Source: Calditrichales bacterium (GTDB lineage: Bacteria > Calditrichota > Calditrichia > Calditrichales > J004). From it: a stretch of DNA of 64,000 nucleotides. A program made the position numbers and the translations under genes. The notes beneath the pieces were generated by a model that saw nothing but the letters and a program-made list of their open reading frames with translations, did no database searches and was not told where the DNA came from. Numbering within the stretch: the stretch's first letter is position 1; every line of letters starts with the position of its first letter. The DNA is taken from the NCBI GenBank assembly GCA_965267575.1, contig OZ254086.1:4448001-4512000 (forward strand), given 5' to 3'. Below are positions 58,549 to 64,000 of this stretch, one piece after another.

Positions 58549-59595
58549 TCATGATCCCATTTTCTCCAACTCGCTGAGCAGCACGTCATTTTCCGCCGGG
58601 CTGCCAACCGTGATGCGCAGACAGTTTTTGCAGCGCGGCAAGCTAGAACGGTCGCGCACGATTACGCCGGTATGACGCAACGTTTCAAACACCTTTTTAC
58701 TTTGCTTAAAGCGCACCAGCAAAAAGTTGGCCGCGCTGGGAAACACTTTTTCCACCATGGGCATGTACGGCAGCCGCTGCTCCAGCTTCACGCGTTCGCT
58801 CAGGATGTCATCAACCATTTTTTGCATCCGCCCGCGATTGGCCAGGGCCTGCAAGGCCTGGCGCTGCGTCGCTTCATTCACATTGTAGGGATACTTCACC
58901 TTATTCATAAAACCGCTAATCATGGGATCGCCAAAAGCCATACCCAAACGCAAACCGGCCATGCCCCAGGCCTTGGAAAAAGTCTGTAAAATGACAAGAT
59001 TTTCGTATTCCTTCACCCATGGCAGCAAGCTCTTATCCGGACAAAAATCGATGTACGCCTCATCCACTACCACGACACCCGCAAATTTTTGCAGCAGTTC
59101 CAGCACGGCCTCCGGCTTCATCAGGTTGGCCGACGGATTGTTGGGCGAACAGAGAATAATGATCTTGCTTTTATCATCGGCTTTGTCCAGTACAAGGGCC
59201 GGGTCTACATCGAAATTTTCATCCAGCAAAAAGGTGCGCACTTCGAGATCGTTAACATCGGCACAAACGCGGTACATACCGTAGGAGGGCTCGGGGATGA
59301 TGACGTTGTCCGTCCCCGGTGTGCCGAAAACACGCATCAGCACGTCGATGGCCTCGTCGCTGCCATTGCCGAGAAAAATATATTCGGGACCGATGTCCTT
59401 TTGCTGCGCCAGCCGCTGCTTCACTTCAGTCTGGTTGGGATCGGGATAGCGGTTGTAATGCTGCTCGGTTACGGAGCCAAGGGCATTCTCATTAGCATCA
59501 AGGTAAACCGACGCTTTACCGGTAAATTCATGGCGTGCCGTGGCGTAGGGTTTCAGCCGGCGCACATTGGGCCGCACCAGGTCAATCAGCGCCAT
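58549..59595 (-). CDS. hisC: Histidinol-phosphate aminotransferase
   Basis: LDANEN, GNGSDE, TFSKAWGMAGLRLG. Confidence 0.97.
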   Translation of the reverse strand: MALIDLVRPNVRRLKPYATARHEFTGKASVYLDANENALGSVTEQHYNRYPDPNQTEVKQRLAQQKDIGPEYIFLGNGSDEAIDVLMRVFGTPGTDNVIIPEPSYGMYRVCADVNDLEVRTFLLDENFDVDPALVLDKADDKSKIIILCSPNNPSANLMKPEAVLELLQKFAGVVVVDEAYIDFCPDKSLLPWVKEYENLVILQTFSKAWGMAGLRLGMAFGDPMISGFMNKVKYPYNVNEATQRQALQALANRGRMQKMVDDILSERVKLEQRLPYMPMVEKVFPSAANFLLVRFKQSKKVFETLRHTGVIVRDRSSLPRCKNCLRITVGSPAENDVLLSELEKMGS

Positions 59596-60884
59596 CAACG
59601 GGCTCCTTTCAGATTACGCAAACGCACGGTTACGGAGTTTTTGTGTCCCTGCAGCTGCTCCGCTTGGGCCATCGTCTCCACCGCGGGGCCCAATCTTTTT
59701 AATCCGATATCGCTGATCTTCTGGAAAGTTATCTTCTTGTAAAAACTGTCCAGGCTTACCCCGCTGAAAGCGACCGCACTGCCATTTGTCGGCAACGTGT
59801 GGTTGGTGCCCGAGGCATAATCACCGGCCGCTTCCGGCGTAAGCGCGCCTACAAAAACGGAGCCGGCATTCACCACACGCATGGCCAGTTCTTCGGCACT
59901 ATGGGCGTTCAGGATCAAATGTTCCGGCGCGTAATAATTGCTGAACAGTATGGCTTCCTCCAGATCGTGCAGCAGCACAAAACGGCTGTTCTTTAATGCT
60001 TTATCGGCGATTGTTTTTCTGGGGAGATCGGCAAGTTGGGCGGATACTTCCTTTTGCGCCTCCAGCAGCAGCTTCTCCGAGTCACTCACCAGCAGCACCT
60101 GGCTGTCCGGGCCGTGCTCCGCCTGCGCCAGAAGATCCGCGGCAATGTAGGCCGTATTGGCCTCTCCGTCTGCAATAATCAGGACCTCCGAAGGACCCGC
60201 CGGCATATCGATGGCGATGCCCTGCGCGGACAGCTTCTGCTTTGCCAGCGTCACGTAGCGGTTGCCCGGACCAAAAATCTTGTTTACACGGCCGATCGTT
60301 TCGGTTCCAAAACCCAGCGCGGCGATAGCCTGGGCACCACCGGCCCTGTAAATTTCCGTCACGCCGGCCAGTTTGGCGCTGTATAAAATCGCCGGGTCGA
60401 TTGTACCATCGGCAGAAGGCGGCGTTACCAGCACCCGCCGCGGGCATCCGGCCAGCTCCGCCGGGATGGCCAGCATTAAAACAGTGGAAAAAAGCGGCGC
60501 GCTGCCACCGGGGATATACAGTCCCACCGCATCGACAGGCACGCTTTTGCGCCAGCAGCTTACCCCCTTCATCGTTTCCACAACGCGCACGGGCTCCTGC
60601 TGCAATTCATGAAACTGGCGGATGTTGTCGGCAGCCACGCCAATGGCTTGTTTAAGTTCTTCGGCGACTTGTGAAGCACCTGCGTCCCACTCGGTTTCGG
60701 AAACGGCCAACGGTCCGTCATAGCCGTCAAGCTTTTTATTCAGTGCAATAAGGGCCTGGTCACCCTCCTTGCGTACACGCTTCATTATATCGTTAACGGC
60801 CTGCTCGATATCCTCCGCGTCAAAATCGGGCCGGCGGCATAGCGCGGGCCATTCATCTTTTTCGGGATAGCGTATGATTTCCAT
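59595..60884 (-). CDS. hisD: Histidinol dehydrogenase
   Basis: GLYIPGG, IDMPAGPSE, QAEH, GDYASGTNH. Confidence 0.97.
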   Translation of the reverse strand: MEIIRYPEKDEWPALCRRPDFDAEDIEQAVNDIMKRVRKEGDQALIALNKKLDGYDGPLAVSETEWDAGASQVAEELKQAIGVAADNIRQFHELQQEPVRVVETMKGVSCWRKSVPVDAVGLYIPGGSAPLFSTVLMLAIPAELAGCPRRVLVTPPSADGTIDPAILYSAKLAGVTEIYRAGGAQAIAALGFGTETIGRVNKIFGPGNRYVTLAKQKLSAQGIAIDMPAGPSEVLIIADGEANTAYIAADLLAQAEHGPDSQVLLVSDSEKLLLEAQKEVSAQLADLPRKTIADKALKNSRFVLLHDLEEAILFSNYYAPEHLILNAHSAEELAMRVVNAGSVFVGALTPEAAGDYASGTNHTLPTNGSAVAFSGVSLDSFYKKITFQKISDIGLKRLGPAVETMAQAEQLQGHKNSVTVRLRNLKGAR

Positions 60885-60924
60885 TTCAACTCCTGTTCCG
60901 GTCTCAGCCGGCAATTTCAAAATT

Positions 60925-61779
60925 TTATAAAATCATTTTTTCGATCGGTACAACCAGGATGCCCTGCGCCCCGGCCGATTTAAGCTTATCGATGTTTTCC
61001 CAGAATTCGTCCTCGCGGATCACCGAGTAAAGGGAACTCCAGCCGCTGGTGGCCAGTGGGGTGATGGTTGGACTTTTCATCCCCGGCAGCAGTGCGCATA
61101 TTTCATCCAGCTTATCGTTGGGCGCGTTCAATATAATGTATTTGTGGCTGCTGGCGCGCTGCACCGCCCGCAGCCGGAAAAGAAGGCGATCAATCAGCTT
61201 AAGCTTGCCTCCGTCCAGTTGCGGCGCCTGCACCATAACTGCTTCCGATTCCAGCACGGTGTAAACCTCCTTAAGCCCGTTGGTCATCAAGGTGCTGCCG
61301 GTACTCACAATATCAAAAATAGCATCACCGAGGCCAATCCCCGGGGCTATCTCTACAGAGCCGCTTATCTCATGGATCTCCGCCTTGAGATCGTGCCTGT
61401 CGAGAAAGCGCTTTAAAATCCGCGGATAACTTGTCGCGATCTTCATCCCGCCCAGGTCGTCCAAGCTTTTCCATTGCACCTGTTGCGGCACAGCAAGCGA
61501 CAACCGGCAGCGCGCGAAACCCAGCCGCTCGGCAATCGACAATTTAAAGCCTTTTTCCAACAGCGTATTCTCGCCCACAATACCAATATCGGCGATACCG
61601 TCATTGACGCATTCCGGGATATCGTCATCACGCAGGTAAAGGGTTTGCAGCGGGAAATTGCGTGCCGTGCTTTTTAGCTTACCCTTGCCGTTGTAGTTAA
61701 ACTTAATGCCGCACTCTTTCAGCAGCGCGTTGGTCTGTTCGCTTAACCTTCCTGATTTTTGAACCGCCAGTGTGATCAT
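60925..61779 (-). CDS. hisG: ATP phosphoribosyltransferase, long form
   Basis: QKSGRL, RDDDIP, DIVSTGSTL. Confidence 0.97.
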   Translation of the reverse strand: MITLAVQKSGRLSEQTNALLKECGIKFNYNGKGKLKSTARNFPLQTLYLRDDDIPECVNDGIADIGIVGENTLLEKGFKLSIAERLGFARCRLSLAVPQQVQWKSLDDLGGMKIATSYPRILKRFLDRHDLKAEIHEISGSVEIAPGIGLGDAIFDIVSTGSTLMTNGLKEVYTVLESEAVMVQAPQLDGGKLKLIDRLLFRLRAVQRASSHKYIILNAPNDKLDEICALLPGMKSPTITPLATSGWSSLYSVIREDEFWENIDKLKSAGAQGILVVPIEKMIL

Positions 61780-61794
61780 TGCTTTTCTCCTTAA

Positions 61795-61832
61795 AACAAA
61801 AAAAGCCCGACTCCGGAAAGAAGTCGGGCTTT
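61795..61832 (-). terminator. his attenuator terminator
   Basis: AAAGCCCGACT...AGTCGGGCTTT followed by T run on the minus strand. Confidence 0.9.
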
Positions 61833-61879
61833 ATACTTAATGTGTTGTCAAGATTTAGCGCACGTTCTCCCGGAATCCG

Positions 61880-61936
61880 TTAGACTCTGAAATGGTGATG
61901 ATGATGTCCGTGGAAAACGAAGTTGTTTGCGCTCAT
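61880..61936 (-). CDS. hisL: his leader peptide MSANNFVFHGHHHHHFRV
   Basis: Six His codons (five consecutive) upstream of the terminator and hisG. Confidence 0.9.
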   Translation of the reverse strand: MSANNFVFHGHHHHHFRV

Positions 61937-61995
61937 GGGCCTAATATAAGCTTATAAATATTGCTGTAAAAATTTTTCTGTGATTGTTTTATCGC

Positions 61996-62697
61996 TCAAC
62001 TGCGCAGCGCTGCCAGGCCGCCATCGATGGCCCACACCTGCCCTGTTACCCAGCCCGAATCGGCGGAAAGCAGAAACTTTACGGTTTGCGCCACTTCCCG
62101 GGCATCCCCCACACGCTTAAGCGGATGACGCTGTGCCGAGTTTTCGCGCTTGCTGTCACTTCCCAGAATGCGCGATGCCAGTGGGGTATCGGTGATCGAC
62201 GGGGCCAGCACGTTAAAGCGTATGTGCGATTGCGAATACTCCGCGGCAAGCGAAATGGCCAAACCTTCTACGGCGCTCTTTGCGGCGGCAACTGAAGCAT
62301 GGAATGGCATGCCCGCTTTGGTCGCTACCGTGCTGAACATTATGACTGATGCGCCCTCGGCTTTCTTCAGGGCGGGTATAGCCTGCCTTAACACCTTGAC
62401 CGCGCCCAGCACATTAATTTTGTAATCTTCCATAAAATCATCATCGGAAAGCCGTGTAAAAGGCTTCAGGTTGATTGTACCCGGGCAATAGACCAGCCCA
62501 TGAAGTACATCAGGCAAAAAACCGTCCGCAAAATCGCCGTCTTCACTGACATCAAGATAGGTGTATGTGACGTTCCCGCCGTCGTAATCGTTTTTCCGGC
62601 CGGTCAAAAAAAGCTTGTAGTTGTCTTCTGCCAGGATACTGGCAAGTTCTTTTCCAATCCCCGATGTGCCCCCAACAATCAATATATTCTTATCCAT
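61996..62697 (-). CDS. Short-chain dehydrogenase/reductase
   Basis: VGGTSGIG; active-site region HASVAAAK lacks the usual Tyr. Confidence 0.9.
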   Translation of the reverse strand: MDKNILIVGGTSGIGKELASILAEDNYKLFLTGRKNDYDGGNVTYTYLDVSEDGDFADGFLPDVLHGLVYCPGTINLKPFTRLSDDDFMEDYKINVLGAVKVLRQAIPALKKAEGASVIMFSTVATKAGMPFHASVAAAKSAVEGLAISLAAEYSQSHIRFNVLAPSITDTPLASRILGSDSKRENSAQRHPLKRVGDAREVAQTVKFLLSADSGWVTGQVWAIDGGLAALRS

Positions 62698-63581
62698 TAT
62701 TGCTCCGTTTCGCATGATTGATACACATCATGAAATGAATGTAAACGCTCAACCACTGCTTTGTGATTATAGTTTAAATGATCAAAGCCGCTGCCGCCAA
62801 CGTAGACATCCACGCTGTAATCGTGGGCCGCGTCGCACAGGGCGTCGAATTCTGCCTGCGACTCTTTTTTGTCATCCACGTAGGTGCTGGAGATGTAAAG
62901 CCGCTTGGGACCGTAGCTTTCAAAAACTTTACGGATATTCATCTGCGGCGTCTGCTGCCCGCTGTAAAGCACCTTAAAGCCATTGCTCTCCAAAACATGA
63001 TCCACCATTTTAAGCGCCGTATCATGTAAATCGCGATGCAGGTTCATGCACATGACCAGGCCGCGGCGGCGTCCGCCCGGCTTTATCATCCCCTGCAGCC
63101 GGATCAGGCAATCGCGGATCGTTTGCGAGGCAAAATGCTCCTCGGTGACCGATATGATGCCCTTTTCCCAAAGCTCGCCCACCTCGTGCAGAACACCGGT
63201 GATCAGGTGGTCATAAATATCATGCAGGGTGTACTGCGCCAGAATAAGGCTTTTAAACACGTCAGCTACTCTGTGACGATTGCACAACAAAGCCTGGCTG
63301 CGGATGTATTCCCGAAGCGCCTCATAATTATGCTTCATCACCCAGACGCTCAGGTGCAGATCTTCCTCGCGTTCCACAGCAAAATGATTCACGCCGGCTT
63401 TCAATTTTTTATTGTGATCCAGAAAGCGGGCTAAATGCTGCATTTCAAATTTCCGGTGACCGCCCGGAGTTTTCACACAATCCAGCTTGCCCGAATCGGT
63501 CCACCTTTTAATAGTGGATATATTCACACCAAGAATTTTTGCGGCCTCTTCCGTATTGAAAAAAACAACTTCAGCAGACAT
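62697..63581 (-). CDS. CarH/LitR-like regulator: excisionase/MerR HTH plus B12-binding domains
   Basis: STIKRW...TPGGHR; VGELW...EEHFAS; DLH. Confidence 0.85.
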   Translation of the reverse strand: MSAEVVFFNTEEAAKILGVNISTIKRWTDSGKLDCVKTPGGHRKFEMQHLARFLDHNKKLKAGVNHFAVEREEDLHLSVWVMKHNYEALREYIRSQALLCNRHRVADVFKSLILAQYTLHDIYDHLITGVLHEVGELWEKGIISVTEEHFASQTIRDCLIRLQGMIKPGGRRRGLVMCMNLHRDLHDTALKMVDHVLESNGFKVLYSGQQTPQMNIRKVFESYGPKRLYISSTYVDDKKESQAEFDALCDAAHDYSVDVYVGGSGFDHLNYNHKAVVERLHSFHDVYQSCETEQ

Positions 63582-63823
63582 ATATGTTCTCCTTTACCGC
63601 GGCCAATATAATCAGCGCGTTGCTGGCCTGCAACTATTTTTGCACGTTTTGAGCGATTTTTAAAATCGCTTCATTCTTATTTTAAAAAAGCCACACGCTT
63701 CTTATAAATGCTGTCATTACCTGTAAAACAGGAATATTTGCAATTTATTCTTGTTTTCCGGGCAAGAACAATATATATTCGGTGCAACAAACAAAAACGC
63801 TCATATCGCTCAATAGGCGAAAT

Positions 63824-64000
63824 ATGTCAATAATGAATCTGGAATATATAATTTACAATCTTGTAGTCGTAAGCGGCCCGCTAAGCCTGAGCTTTGATAA
63901 ACGTGTGCGCTACGTAAACCACTGGCGCCGTGCGCTGACCGCCGCCCTTATCACGCTTGTGCCCTTTGTTACCTGGGACATGCTCGTAACCGACCGTCAT
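63824..64000 (+). CDS. Lycopene cyclase domain protein, 5' part (runs off window)
   Basis: MSIMNLEYIIYNLVVVSGPLSLSFDKRV...PFVTWDMLVTDRH. Confidence 0.75.
   Translation, partial: MSIMNLEYIIYNLVVVSGPLSLSFDKRVRYVNHWRRALTAALITLVPFVTWDMLVTDRH

Noticed and set aside
1..64000. CRISPR array, rRNA, tRNA, integrase, transposase or reverse transcriptase
   Set aside because: No regularly spaced repeat-spacer pattern, no RNA gene signature and no ORF with the relevant motifs was seen by eye.

Overview
Bacterial chromosomal window. Two secreted proteins end in a YPNPFNP...KMLL-type sorting domain and the his operon is Bacteroidota-like, which suggests an FCB-group or related lineage such as Calditrichota (inference). 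The left end is the 3' part of ppc. The right end holds a complete his operon (hisG-D-C-B-H-A-F-IE) with a His-rich leader peptide attenuator, an SDR, a B12-binding CarH/LitR-like regulator and the start of a divergent lycopene-cyclase-domain gene. The roughly 50 kb between is a mosaic accessory region. It contains four type II toxin-antitoxin loci (two with broken toxins), a serpin, a K+ channel, a Ca2+/Na+ antiporter, a BCCT transporter, two TonB-dependent receptor loci (one XusABC-like), a sigma-54 module, LytS/LytTR and ric-rrf2. Main unexplained structure: (1) scattered integron-like gene cassettes with attC-like sites and matching core sites, two groups headed by the same ~156-bp element, with no integrase in the window; (2) two GxxExxY nuclease-fold genes each bounded by 26-bp inverted repeats; (3) a signal-peptide-bearing minimal VgrG/gp27-like protein with no injection-system neighbours; (4) four insertions bracketed by diverged 59-300 bp direct repeats that copy gene ends, promoters or terminators. 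No rRNA, tRNA, CRISPR array, transposase or integrase was seen. All family calls and identity counts are by eye, not from database searches.
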